From an uncultured Niastella sp. (GTDB lineage: Bacteria; Bacteroidota; Bacteroidia; Chitinophagales; Chitinophagaceae): DNA of 64,000 bases. Each line of letters opens with the position of its first letter. Position 1 is the stretch's first letter. The stretch is from positions 291,499 through 355,498 of the forward strand of contig CBIHPP010000002.1 of NCBI GenBank assembly GCA_966212235.1. Reading direction: 5' to 3'. Position numbers and translations under genes: made by a program. The notes below the pieces were generated by a model, which ran no database searches, was not told the origin of the DNA, and saw nothing but the letters and a program-made list of their open reading frames with translations. Below are positions 1 through 10,311 of the stretch, in pieces.

Positions 1-283
1 GATCCCAGCCCGGTTCCTAACACTATAGCGGTGGATGCACCGGTAAAACCTTTCTCTTTTAAAAATAGGGCTGTTTGTGAGATTTTTTCAATGATTTGGT
101 TCATCCCGTGATTTTTTTTCAAAATAAAGTATTCCGGCGGTTATTTTATAGCATTTGAATATTTTTATTCAGCAATGCCTTGTACCCGTGTGTCTTAAAA
201 TAAAACAGCAATTTTTAAGGAATACGATCTATATTGTAAAATCTATTAATTTAGTGGAGTAATAGCGTCTAAATGTTAAGTAA

Positions 284-1753
284 ATGCCAATGCAAATGAG
301 CAAACCTTCTATCACGATTGCCTTAATAAGTGTGTGTATCCTGCTTCAACCTGGGTATAGTACCGGTCAGCAAACAAAAGCAGTAAGGCCTAATATTATT
401 TTTATCCTGGCCGATGATCTTGGCTATGGCGATCTGGGTTGTTATGGACAGAAACTGATTCAAACGCCTAACCTTGATGCCATGGCAAAACAGGGCATGC
501 AATTCACACAGTTTTATGCAGGCACTGCAGTCTGCGCTCCATCCCGCTCATCTTTGCTTACGGGGCAGCATACGGGGCATACCCCTATTCGGGGTAATAA
601 AGGCGTGGAACCCGAAGGGCAATGGCCTATACCTGATTCTGCAATTACTATTGCTGAGGTTTTAAAAAAAGGAGGCTATACAACTGGTAATTTTGGCAAG
701 TGGGGACTTGGACCGGTAGCGTCGTCCGGGGATCCAGTTAAACAGGGGTTTGATTTTTTTTATGGATATAACTGTCAATCCAAAGCACATGATTATTATC
801 CCGATCACTTATGGGAAAATGATACCCGCGTTGACTTTGCTGCCAATACGCCTGAACATCCTACCGATTATGCAGCCGAATTAATACATCAGAAGGCATT
901 GAACTTTATTGAACAGCAAAAAAGCAAGCCCTTCTTTTTATACCTTTCTTATACCTTGCCACATGCAGCGCTGCAAGTACCGAACGATAGCCTGTTTGCG
1001 AAATATAAAAAACTGTTTAATGAACAACCGGTTCCCGTAGAGCCCTGGAATGGCAAAGGATATGCACCACAGGCATATCCACATGCAGCATATGCAGCCA
1101 TGGTAAGCCGGTTAGATGCATACGTAGGGCAGGTGCTTCAAAAATTACGGGATTTGGGAATTGATAAAAATACACTGGTGATTTTTTCCAGCGATAACGG
1201 CCCGCATAAAGAAGGAGGTAACGATCCGGCCTACTTTAACAGCAATGGTTCATTACGTGGTATTAAAAGAGATCTGTATGAAGGTGGTATCCGGGAGCCG
1301 ATGATTGCCTGGTGGCCTGGTAAAATAAAAGCTGCCAGCATTTCTGATTATGCCGGAGCCTTCTGGGATTTTCTACCAACTTTTGCCGAAATCGCTAAAC
1401 AACCGAAACCAAAAAACATTGATGGCATTTCAATAGTACCCGTATTGTTGGGACAAAAAAAATCGCAGGTACACCCGTGGTTGTATTGGGAATTTCATGA
1501 ACAGGGCGGAAAGCAGGCTGTTCGTATGGGAAAATGGAAAGGCGTTAAATTAAATGCAGCCAGCCAACCCAATGGCCCCATTGAATTGTACGATCTGTAT
1601 TCAGATGTTTCAGAAATAAAAAATGTTGCAGACAAACATTCTGATGTAGTGAAGGCGATACAAAAAATTATGCAACAACAGCACCGTGAAAGTCCGGACT
1701 TTCCTTTGTTTACACAATCATCCGGTCTTTCCAATAAAAAGAACAGTGAATGA
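284..1753 (+). CDS. Cys-type arylsulfatase (sulfatase family), secreted
   Basis: N-terminal signal peptide; PNIIFILADDLGYGD, CAPSR (CxPxR formylglycine motif), GKWGLG, FSSDNG and GKRDLYEGG-like motifs. Confidence 0.95.
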   Translation: MPMQMSKPSITIALISVCILLQPGYSTGQQTKAVRPNIIFILADDLGYGDLGCYGQKLIQTPNLDAMAKQGMQFTQFYAGTAVCAPSRSSLLTGQHTGHTPIRGNKGVEPEGQWPIPDSAITIAEVLKKGGYTTGNFGKWGLGPVASSGDPVKQGFDFFYGYNCQSKAHDYYPDHLWENDTRVDFAANTPEHPTDYAAELIHQKALNFIEQQKSKPFFLYLSYTLPHAALQVPNDSLFAKYKKLFNEQPVPVEPWNGKGYAPQAYPHAAYAAMVSRLDAYVGQVLQKLRDLGIDKNTLVIFSSDNGPHKEGGNDPAYFNSNGSLRGIKRDLYEGGIREPMIAWWPGKIKAASISDYAGAFWDFLPTFAEIAKQPKPKNIDGISIVPVLLGQKKSQVHPWLYWEFHEQGGKQAVRMGKWKGVKLNAASQPNGPIELYDLYSDVSEIKNVADKHSDVVKAIQKIMQQQHRESPDFPLFTQSSGLSNKKNSE

Positions 1754-2895
1754 TATTGATAATTAGAAATAATAATAGGTTGACCTGGCTTTCTGCAGTA
1801 ATATTTACTGTAATTGCTGTGGGTTGTAAACAGTCAGCTGGAACAACACCTGCAAAAGAAAATATTCCTGCAGGTGATACTGTTATGTCGTGTTCTTCTA
1901 ATTTGCCATCGCGGTTTGCAACAGACAACTCAACGATTACAATAACGCCTGGTGGAGATAATTCCTACTCCGGTATGGTTAAAATTCCTGCAGGTGAATT
2001 CTTAATGGGCGCTGCCGATAAAGAGGGGAGGCCAGACGAATACCCGCAACATACTGTTCACGTTGATGGTTTTTGGATGGATGCTACCGAAGTGACCAAT
2101 GCCATGTTCAGGAAATTTGTGAAAGCAACCGGTTATGTTACAACGGCTGAGCGTGCACCCGATTGGGAAGCATTAAAAAAACAATTACCACCCGGTACCC
2201 CCAAACCTGCTGATACTTTACTGGTGGCAGCTTCACTGGTTTTCACCCCCACCACCCAACCTATTCAGCTGAATGATGTAAGTCAATGGTGGCAATGGGT
2301 AAAAGGCGCCGATTGGAAGCACCCCCAGGGACCAGGTAGCAGTGTTGAAGGAAAAGAAAATTACCCGGTTGTACAGGTGTCCTGGGATGATGCGACGGCT
2401 TATGCCAAATGGGCCGGCAAGCGATTGCCTACAGAAGCAGAATGGGAATGGGCGGCAAGAGCAGGGTTACCTTATCAACCATATACCTGGGGCACTGAGC
2501 CTGTCGATAAGGGCCAACAGAAGGCAAACATCTGGCAAGGGCATTTTCCCGATCGCAACACTGTTGCTGATGGATTTGCCCGCGTAGCGCCGGTAAAATC
2601 GTTTGCTGCTAATGCCTATGCTTTGTTTGATATGGCCGGAAATGTGTGGGAGTGGTGTTCCGATTGGTACAGATCGGATTATTATACGCAGACTGGTTCA
2701 AAAAAATTGATAAACCCGGCAGGTCCTGCTGCCAGCCACGATCCCGATGAACCCACTGTACCTAAACGAGTAGTGCGCGGCGGCTCTTTTTTATGTCATG
2801 CTTCTTATTGCGCCAGTTACCGGGTGTCGGCTCGTATGAAAACTTCACCCGACACAGGGCTGGAACATACCGGGTTCCGATGTGTAAAAAATTAA
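1750..2895 (+). CDS. Formylglycine-generating enzyme (SUMF1/FGE family) lipoprotein
   Basis: FWMDATEVTNA, RLPTEAEWE, DMAGNVWEW, RGGSFLCHASYC (both catalytic Cys); lipobox-like AVGC; ATGA overlap with the sulfatase stop. Confidence 0.93.
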   Translation: MILIIRNNNRLTWLSAVIFTVIAVGCKQSAGTTPAKENIPAGDTVMSCSSNLPSRFATDNSTITITPGGDNSYSGMVKIPAGEFLMGAADKEGRPDEYPQHTVHVDGFWMDATEVTNAMFRKFVKATGYVTTAERAPDWEALKKQLPPGTPKPADTLLVAASLVFTPTTQPIQLNDVSQWWQWVKGADWKHPQGPGSSVEGKENYPVVQVSWDDATAYAKWAGKRLPTEAEWEWAARAGLPYQPYTWGTEPVDKGQQKANIWQGHFPDRNTVADGFARVAPVKSFAANAYALFDMAGNVWEWCSDWYRSDYYTQTGSKKLINPAGPAASHDPDEPTVPKRVVRGGSFLCHASYCASYRVSARMKTSPDTGLEHTGFRCVKN

Positions 2896-3175
2896 GTTTG
2901 TCAAATTGTTTCATTTTCTATTCAATTTGTTTCACTTCCTCGTAGCTACTGCTTTATAAAACACGGTGGGGTTATACTGGCTGATCAATTAACCTGGTAT
3001 TTACTTTTATTCGATGGGCGCCAAAATATCATCAGAGCTGTTGATGCTGTTGATCTTATACATCTTTTTTGCCGATTAAACATTCATTGGAACCCTGCTT
3101 ATTATATGGCTCTATCCTCCCTTTTCTTCCCGGATTTCAGAAAAAAATATATGAAAAGGCTATTTTTTTAATTTT

Positions 3176-3208
3176 GCAAAATCGTTTTAGAAGTGTAACA
3201 TTGTTACA
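3176..3208. promoter_or_regulatory. Candidate operator(s) upstream of GH92: AAAATCGTTTT (LacI-like, CG centre) and palindrome TGTAACA-T-TGTTACA (3194-3208)
   Basis: Dyad symmetry seen directly; assignment to the LacI gene downstream is inference. Confidence 0.35.
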
Positions 3209-3255
3209 GATTTACGATTGCTGACACTCTTGGGTACATTAAACTAACTGATTAC

Positions 3256-5547
3256 ATGCGAGCAATAATTTACCTGGCAATACCTTTTTGTTGTGTTTTT
3301 TCTCAGGCACAAATAGTTCAAAAAGCAGTGGATCCAGTAGATTTTGTAAACCCCTTAATGGGAACCGATTCAAAGCCCGGACTTTCTAACGGAAATACTT
3401 ATCCTGCCATAGCACTTCCCTGGGGAATGAATTATTGGGTACCACAAACCAACACCATGGGTAGCGGCTGGACGTATCAATACAATGCCGATAAGATCAG
3501 GGGATTTAAACAAACCCATCAACCTTCACCCTGGATAAATGATTACGGGCAATTCAGTATAATGCCTGTTACCAGGAAAATGCAATTTGACCAGGATTCG
3601 CGCGCAAGCTGGTTCTCCCATAAAACAGAAAGATCTACTCCCTATTATTATAGTGTTTACCTGGCAGATCCTGATGTAACTGCAGAAATTACCCCCACCG
3701 AGAGGGCCGCCCAGTTACGGTTTACATTTCCTGCATGTGACAGTTCCTTTATAGTGGTTGATGCTTTTGACAAAGGCTCATATATAAAGATCATTCCTGC
3801 CGAAAGAAAAATTATAGGCTATACATCAGCCAATAGCGGGGGAGTACCTTCCAATTTCAAAAATTACTTTATTATTTCTTTCGATAAAGATTTTTCAATA
3901 GCGCATACCTGGCACGATAAAACACTGGCAAAGGACACCCTTGAATTACAGTCGAATCATACAGGTGCTATCATTGGATTTAAAACACGAAAAGGTGAAC
4001 AGGTGCATATAAAAACAGCCTCTTCGTTTATCAGCTATGAGCAAGCCGAATTAAATGCACAACGTGAGCTTGGAAATGATTCATTTGATAATACCTGTAA
4101 CAAAGGCCGTCAGGTCTGGAATCGCGAATTAGGCAGGTTGCAGGCAGAAGGCGGTACGGAAGAACAATTAAAAACATTTTATTCCTGTTTATACCGGGTG
4201 CTGTTGTTTCCACGAAAGTTTTTTGAATATAACAAGGCTAATGAAGCGATTCATTACAGCCCATACAATGGTCAGGTATTACCTGGTTATATGTTTACCG
4301 ACAATGGCTTTTGGGATACATTCAGGGCCGTGTTTCCGTTTTTTACACTGATGTATCCAACCCTGAACAGCCAGATCATGCAGGGGTTGGCAAACACCTA
4401 TAAGGAAAGCGGATGGTTGCCCGAATGGGCCAGTCCGGGCCATCGTGATTGCATGGTAGGCTCTAACTCGGCTTCGTTGATTGCCGATTCTTACATCAAG
4501 GGAGTACGCGGATATGACATCAATACTTTATATGAGGCTGTTTTAAAGAATACAGAGCATGAAGGTCCGCTTTCATCAGTGGGAAGAAAAGGCGTGCAGT
4601 ATTATAATGAATTGGGATATGTTCCTTATGATGTAAAGATCAATGAAAATGCTGCCCGTACTTTGGAATATGCGTATGATGATTTTACAATTGCTCAATT
4701 AGCCAAATCATTAAACCGGCCAAAAGAAGAAATTGATCGCTTTGCCCGCCGTAGCATGAACTATCGTAACCTTTTCGACAGTACAACCCGCCTGATGCGT
4801 GGCAAAAATAAAGACGGTCGTTTTCAATCTCCATTCAATCCATTCAAATGGGGAGATGCTTTTACCGAAGGTAACAGCTGGCATTACACCTGGAGTGTTT
4901 TTCACGATGTACAGGGATTGGCTGGCCTGATGGGTGGGTCGAAAATGTTTGCGAAAATGCTTGATTCGGTATTTGCGCTTCCCCCTGTATTTGATGAAAG
5001 TTATTATGGAGGTGTCATTCATGAAATTCGCGAAATGCAGATCATGAATATGGGGCAATACGCCCATGGTAACCAGCCAATTCAGCACATGATCTATTTA
5101 TACAATTATGCAGGCGAACCATGGAAAACACAATACTGGGTGCGCCAGGTAATGGATAAATTATATCACTCCGCACCGGATGGATATTGTGGCGATGAAG
5201 ACAATGGCCAAACCTCGGCCTGGTATATTTTTTCAGCTATGGGTTTTTACCCGGTTTGTCCAGGTACAACCCAATACGTTTTTGGAACACCGCTGTTCCG
5301 TAAAATGACCGTCACTTTTGAAAACGGACGTAAGCTGATTATACAGGCGCCTGCTTCAGATAAGAACAATTATTATATACATAACATTTCCTTGAACGGA
5401 GTTAAGCATACGAAGAACTGGATCGATCATAGCCAATTACAAAAGGGAGGTACATTGATGTATGATGTAAAAAAAGAGCCCTCCTATACCAGAGGAATTA
5501 CACCGGCCGCATTTCCATTTTCTGTATCTCCGGCATCTGTCCGGTAA
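3256..5547 (+). CDS. GH92 family alpha-mannosidase
   Basis: VNPLMGT, GNTYP..ALPWGM, FWDTFR, EGNSWHY, HGNQP and DEDNGQTSAWY motifs; signal peptide. Confidence 0.93.
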   Translation: MRAIIYLAIPFCCVFSQAQIVQKAVDPVDFVNPLMGTDSKPGLSNGNTYPAIALPWGMNYWVPQTNTMGSGWTYQYNADKIRGFKQTHQPSPWINDYGQFSIMPVTRKMQFDQDSRASWFSHKTERSTPYYYSVYLADPDVTAEITPTERAAQLRFTFPACDSSFIVVDAFDKGSYIKIIPAERKIIGYTSANSGGVPSNFKNYFIISFDKDFSIAHTWHDKTLAKDTLELQSNHTGAIIGFKTRKGEQVHIKTASSFISYEQAELNAQRELGNDSFDNTCNKGRQVWNRELGRLQAEGGTEEQLKTFYSCLYRVLLFPRKFFEYNKANEAIHYSPYNGQVLPGYMFTDNGFWDTFRAVFPFFTLMYPTLNSQIMQGLANTYKESGWLPEWASPGHRDCMVGSNSASLIADSYIKGVRGYDINTLYEAVLKNTEHEGPLSSVGRKGVQYYNELGYVPYDVKINENAARTLEYAYDDFTIAQLAKSLNRPKEEIDRFARRSMNYRNLFDSTTRLMRGKNKDGRFQSPFNPFKWGDAFTEGNSWHYTWSVFHDVQGLAGLMGGSKMFAKMLDSVFALPPVFDESYYGGVIHEIREMQIMNMGQYAHGNQPIQHMIYLYNYAGEPWKTQYWVRQVMDKLYHSAPDGYCGDEDNGQTSAWYIFSAMGFYPVCPGTTQYVFGTPLFRKMTVTFENGRKLIIQAPASDKNNYYIHNISLNGVKHTKNWIDHSQLQKGGTLMYDVKKEPSYTRGITPAAFPFSVSPASVR

Positions 5548-5560
5548 GAATTATAACCAT

Positions 5561-6577
5561 ATGAAGAAGATATCTATAAAGGATATTGCACAAATGGCGG
5601 GCGTTGCATCGTCTACCGTATCATTTGTATTGAACGGCAAGGCACGCAAAATGCGCATTAGCGAAACTGTAGAGAAGCGGGTGTTTGAAGTCGCCCGCAA
5701 TGCAGGTTATTATCCCAATCAGCTTGCCATTAGTTTACGGACCGGTAAATCAAAAACGCTGGGCCTTATTGTTGAAAACATTGGCAACATTTTTTTTGCC
5801 ACTTTAGCAAAAACGATTGAAGAAGAGGCTGAACAGTATGGTTACCGGGTTGTGTATTGCAGCACAGAGAATAATGCATCGAAAGGAAAAGAATTGATCA
5901 ATATGCTTTCACAACGGCAGGTAGATGGATACCTGATCACCCCGGCGCCGCATATGGAAGCGGATATTCAGCAACTGGTACAACTACAACGGCCTGTTGT
6001 TTTAATTGACCGGTATTTACCGAATGTAGATGCCTCTCATGTGTTGGTTAATAATGCAGAAGCAGTAGCGCAGGGGATGTCGCATTTATTTTCACAGGGC
6101 TATCGTGAAATAGGATTTGTTACGGTAGACCTTGATATTATGCAAATGGAGCAACGGCTCGATGGTTATATTGGCGCGCTTTCTAAAGAAGGGATCCGGT
6201 TGAATAAGGATATTATTCTAAAAATCCCATATACACATCAACGGGAAGAAGCTGTTGAGCTCATTGCAGCTCTATTGGAAAACAACCCCCAGTTGGATGC
6301 ATTGTTTTTTGCAACCAATTACCTTGGAATATTAGGCCTGGAAAGCATCAACCGGCTAAAAATGGCAATCCCACAGGATATTGCTGTCATTAGTTTTGAC
6401 GATCACGACATTTTCAGGTTGTATCCTCCCGGTATTACAAGCATTCAACAGCCTGTTGAAGCAATTGCCAAAAAAGCGGTAGGGCTATTAATGGAGCAAT
6501 GCGAAAATTCGGAAATTAAATTTGCAAAGACTGAGGTAGAACTTGCGGCAAAATTGATTGTGAGAGGGTCTACCTAA
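5561..6577 (+). CDS. LacI family transcriptional regulator
   Basis: ISIKDIAQMAGVASSTVSFVLNG HTH; C-terminal sugar-binding domain (IAVISFDD, SIQQP). Confidence 0.95.
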   Translation: MKKISIKDIAQMAGVASSTVSFVLNGKARKMRISETVEKRVFEVARNAGYYPNQLAISLRTGKSKTLGLIVENIGNIFFATLAKTIEEEAEQYGYRVVYCSTENNASKGKELINMLSQRQVDGYLITPAPHMEADIQQLVQLQRPVVLIDRYLPNVDASHVLVNNAEAVAQGMSHLFSQGYREIGFVTVDLDIMQMEQRLDGYIGALSKEGIRLNKDIILKIPYTHQREEAVELIAALLENNPQLDALFFATNYLGILGLESINRLKMAIPQDIAVISFDDHDIFRLYPPGITSIQQPVEAIAKKAVGLLMEQCENSEIKFAKTEVELAAKLIVRGST

Positions 6578-6643
6578 TTAGGCCTTGTATAAAAATGTTA
6601 GTATAGTCTTCGTTTTATTATCAGACCTGGTAGTTTTGTTTAT

Positions 6644-8704
6644 TCAATGGATAACCGGTAATGTAATAGTAAATGTTGCGCCTTGTCCAATTTCACTTTT
6701 CGCTGTAATAATTCCATCGTGGTGATCAACGATCTTTTTACATAATGCCAGGCCAATGCCGGTGCCACTATATGTTTTCAGGTTATTCAATCTTTGAAAT
6801 ATGATGAAGATCTGTTCTGCATACTGTTGTTCAAAGCCAATTCCATTATCTTGAAACACCAATTGTACATATTTACCCGCTTTCTTTAAACGCGAATGTT
6901 CCTGTACCTCTCCGGAAGAAAGCATTTTTGCTGTTATGGTTATCTGAGAATTTCCTTCTGAAAATTTCAATGAATTACTGATTAAATTCGAAAAAAGCTG
7001 GTGTAATTGTAATGGAATGCCCTTGATTTCCGGCAAATCGGTATACGTAATAATTGCTTGTTTTTGTTCAATGAGTAATTCAAAGTCAGATAATACGTCC
7101 ATCAATATTTTGTTTAAATCAGTATTTACAAATTGTTCACCTGTTTTGGTAAGTCGCGAGTAGTTGAGCACATCATTAATGAGTGAGGACATACGTTTGG
7201 CGGAGGAATATATTTTATTAAAGTATTTTTCAGCGATCTCATTGTCATGAAGATGCTCTTTAACCATGTCAGCAAAGGTTTGAATTTTGCGAAGGGGCTC
7301 TTGTAGATCATGACTGGCGATATAGGCAAATTGTTCCAGTTCATGATTTGATTTTTCAAGCGCTGAATTAGAAGTCAGTAATTCACTGGTCCGTGCGCGA
7401 ACCATTTTTTCCAATTCGTCTTTGGCTTTCTTTTGGTCCGTAATATCCAGCACAGTTCCAAGTAATCTAACAGGGATGTGTTTTTTATCATAAATGGTAG
7501 TTCCATTCACCCGTATCCATCGCTCTGAGTTATCGGGTCTGATGATACGGGCTTCGTAAGATATCTTTCCCGTTATTAAGGCTGTTTGAATGGACTGTTC
7601 TACCCACGGCCGGTCCGCTGAATGAACAAGGTCTAAAAAGCGCACCTTGCTCCATTGCTGTGTTTTTGCATAGCCCAGAATTTTTCGGTGTTCAGGTGAA
7701 GTGGTGGTTAAACCTGTTGTTAAATCGAGGTCCCACATACCCAGTTCTGTTATTTCTACAGCCAAACGCAAACGTTCTTCACTTTCCCGAATTAATTGCT
7801 CCGCTTTCTTTTGCGCTGTAATATCGTGGGCGATTTTTGATGCGCCGATAATGATTCCTTTGCTATTTTTAATGGGTGATATGCTTAACGAAATATCTAA
7901 CAACCTCCCATCTTTAGTAATCCGTTTGGTTTCGAAGTGATCGATCCTTTCTCCTCTTTTTAGCCGGGCCAGGATTTTAGTCTCTTCATCCAACCTGTCT
8001 ACAGGAATGATTTTTGTTATACGTTTTCCGATCATTTCCTGGGCTGTATAACCAAAGATTCTTTCCGCGCTATTGTTCCAACTGGTGATGGTACCCTCCA
8101 GTGTTTTACTGATTATGGCATCGTCAGACGATTGAATAATAGCTGCAAAATGTTCCTTTCTTTCTTCGATGTTTTTTGTGTCTGTAATATCAACCAGCAT
8201 ATTAATAGCCCCAATTACTTTTCCTGTAGTATTAAAAAAAGGTCTTGGGTAATTCATAATATTCCGTTTCTGACCATCCGGACGTTCAACAATAATTTCT
8301 ATATCATCGAGTACTTTTCCTTCCTTAAGTGCAATTGCCATGGGGCATTGATCCCGTGACAGGGGAGTGCCATCTGCTTTAAAAATTTTCCAGGAACCGC
8401 ACCATGTGTCTTTGCCTATTTCCGGTTTACGGCCCCATAGAACAGCTGCGGACTGGTTGTACGTCAAAATATATCCATTGGCGTCACAGGTGTAAATAGC
8501 ACCCGGTAGTGTCTGAATGAGTTGCTGATAGGGGATATCGATTTCTTCAAAATCATCAGAAGTTTGATTGGCGCCAACAGTTAAAAAACTTTCAATACTG
8601 TTATTCATATCTGTATGTGAACTGTTTCCTATAGGATGGGGCACAGGGGGCTTGTCTTCATTATTGGTTATTATTTCAAACTGAGGCATTTCTTTTGATT
8701 TCAT
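6644..8704 (-). CDS. Cytoplasmic PAS/PAC (three domains) sensor histidine kinase
   Basis: PAS repeats; H-box ASHDLQEPLRKI; N-box NLISNSLKF; DNGIGF and GTGIGLALCKKIV; no TM segments seen. Confidence 0.93.
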   Translation of the reverse strand: MKSKEMPQFEIITNNEDKPPVPHPIGNSSHTDMNNSIESFLTVGANQTSDDFEEIDIPYQQLIQTLPGAIYTCDANGYILTYNQSAAVLWGRKPEIGKDTWCGSWKIFKADGTPLSRDQCPMAIALKEGKVLDDIEIIVERPDGQKRNIMNYPRPFFNTTGKVIGAINMLVDITDTKNIEERKEHFAAIIQSSDDAIISKTLEGTITSWNNSAERIFGYTAQEMIGKRITKIIPVDRLDEETKILARLKRGERIDHFETKRITKDGRLLDISLSISPIKNSKGIIIGASKIAHDITAQKKAEQLIRESEERLRLAVEITELGMWDLDLTTGLTTTSPEHRKILGYAKTQQWSKVRFLDLVHSADRPWVEQSIQTALITGKISYEARIIRPDNSERWIRVNGTTIYDKKHIPVRLLGTVLDITDQKKAKDELEKMVRARTSELLTSNSALEKSNHELEQFAYIASHDLQEPLRKIQTFADMVKEHLHDNEIAEKYFNKIYSSAKRMSSLINDVLNYSRLTKTGEQFVNTDLNKILMDVLSDFELLIEQKQAIITYTDLPEIKGIPLQLHQLFSNLISNSLKFSEGNSQITITAKMLSSGEVQEHSRLKKAGKYVQLVFQDNGIGFEQQYAEQIFIIFQRLNNLKTYSGTGIGLALCKKIVDHHDGIITAKSEIGQGATFTITLPVIH

Positions 8705-8900
8705 ATTGGTGATAAGCGTATATTATATGATTTTAAAAATCTATGCCAACATAGGTGTTTTGCGTTTATGAACCCATAATCTATTGTAACATAGCATGTT
8801 TTGAGAGTTTGTCATTGCTTCTACAGTTTTTAAAAAGTGGGGTGAAATGAGGTGGTAAGCAATATGATAATAATCATCCCATATGTAAGCCGCTTGCGGT

Positions 8901-8908
8901 TAACTTTG
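8901..8908 (+). promoter_or_regulatory. Bacteroidetes -7 promoter box TAACTTTG upstream of the YtxH gene
   Basis: Matches the TAnnTTTG consensus 47 bp upstream of the ATG; no -33 box evident. Confidence 0.4.
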
Positions 8909-8954
8909 TATAGAAATGTGTTCAACCAATTTATTATAACTTAAAATTTATTTT

Positions 8955-9176
8955 ATGAACAGTGGTAAAATATTATCTGCCTTTATAATTGGTGCTGCTG
9001 TAGGCGCTACAATTGGGTTATTGTTTGCGCCCGACAAAGGATCGGAGACGCGCAAAAAAATTAATGAAGAAGGAAAAAAAATGTCAGACGCCATTAAAAA
9101 TAAGTTCAATGAAATGAAAGAAAAGATAAATGGTATGAAGGATGATATGGAGCACCAAGAGAAAGATTTTGCTTAA
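8955..9176 (+). CDS. YtxH domain protein
   Basis: GAAVGATIGLLFAPDKGSETRKKI motif. Confidence 0.9.
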   Translation: MNSGKILSAFIIGAAVGATIGLLFAPDKGSETRKKINEEGKKMSDAIKNKFNEMKEKINGMKDDMEHQEKDFA

Positions 9177-9203
9177 TGATGAATTACTTTAATACAGCCA
9201 AAT

Positions 9204-9575
9204 ATGAATGATACGTTTGAAAAATTGGAAGGGTTAACCGATCATGTGAAGGAGTATATAAATACCAGGGTTGAAATAACCAAACTACACCTTGCCGAAA
9301 AAACATCCATGGTGATAAGCAATCTGATCGCAGTTACCATTGTAGTAGTGTTATTTTTATTTGTTATTGTTTTCGGAAGTATTGCTGGTGCCTGGGCGTT
9401 GAGTGAGTGGATTGGGAAATCATATTCAGGCTTTTTGATTGTAGCAGGTTTCTATTTGTTATTGGGCATTATAATATGGATGGCAAAAGACAAACTTATT
9501 CGTTTTCCGGTAATGAATGTTATCATAAAGCAATTACAGAAAAAGGATGATGACGATGATATTAACCAGGTTTAA
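9204..9575 (+). CDS. Two-TM membrane protein of the holin-X / phage-holin-like family (not evidence of a phage)
   Basis: KEYINTRVEITKL N-terminus and two hydrophobic helices; typical YtxH neighbour. Confidence 0.75.
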   Translation: MNDTFEKLEGLTDHVKEYINTRVEITKLHLAEKTSMVISNLIAVTIVVVLFLFVIVFGSIAGAWALSEWIGKSYSGFLIVAGFYLLLGIIIWMAKDKLIRFPVMNVIIKQLQKKDDDDDINQV

Positions 9576-9756
9576 TCTGTTAAGCCTGCTTCTATCGATC
9601 GGCACTTTATACTTCATTTGTAAAGCCTGCAGGGCTTTAGCCACTTTTTTGTTCTTCCAACAAAGCCACATAACCCTAACATTCTCCTTTGTAAGTCTAT
9701 TAGTATAGTATAAGAACATGTGATGTTATATCGTTATATAGCGGAGCGTATTAAAA

Positions 9757-9802
9757 ATAAATTAAAGTTGTTATTGTAATTAAAATAACAACTTTAATTT
9801 AT
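9757..9802. repeat. Perfect 19-bp inverted repeat with 8-nt loop
   Basis: ATAAATTAAAGTTGTTATT-gtaattaa-AATAACAACTTTAATTTAT. Confidence 0.9.
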
Positions 9803-10311
9803 ATAGCTAATTGTTATGTATATTATTAAATGAACACCTGTGGAATATGAATATATAACGGAGAATATAATTTGAAATAAATATTGTTCATTGATTTTTA
9901 TTGAATCAAATTTTTTCTTTTTACTTTTAAGCAGATTCCCTGGTAAAAACTATTACAAAAACAGTAGCACCTTAACGTAAGGAGATTTATATAATCAAGA
10001 TTCCTTTTACTCCTGTAACTGAAAAAGAAAGTAAAATTTGAATAGTTAGTGCTTCTGTTTTTTAAGACTCATAGTAGATATTCGGCCTGATTGTATTCAT
10101 AACAATATGAATAATTTGCCGTTTTCTAATTAATGTGACCCTCCAACTGTTGCAGCTTTTTGCAAAAATTAATATTTATGTAGGCAGATTATTTATTATA
10201 CGCATGTGTTGAATACATGGGTATTTATATAATCGTTACTCATACGAATCGATATGCATAATATGGCTTCCGGCGATGCGGCAGCCATGATTAACCATTA
10301 AACACCTAAGT

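Noticed and set aside
9204-9575. Phage lysis cassette
   Set aside because: The holin-like family here is a common chromosomal YtxH neighbour; no endolysin or phage genes nearby
10082-10095. Exact 14-mer TCGGCCTGATTGTA also at 50243-50256, both intergenic
   Set aside because: About 8 same-strand 14-mer matches are expected by chance in 64 kb (64000^2/2/4^14); not dyadic and at different distances from the ATG; would need a genome-wide motif search
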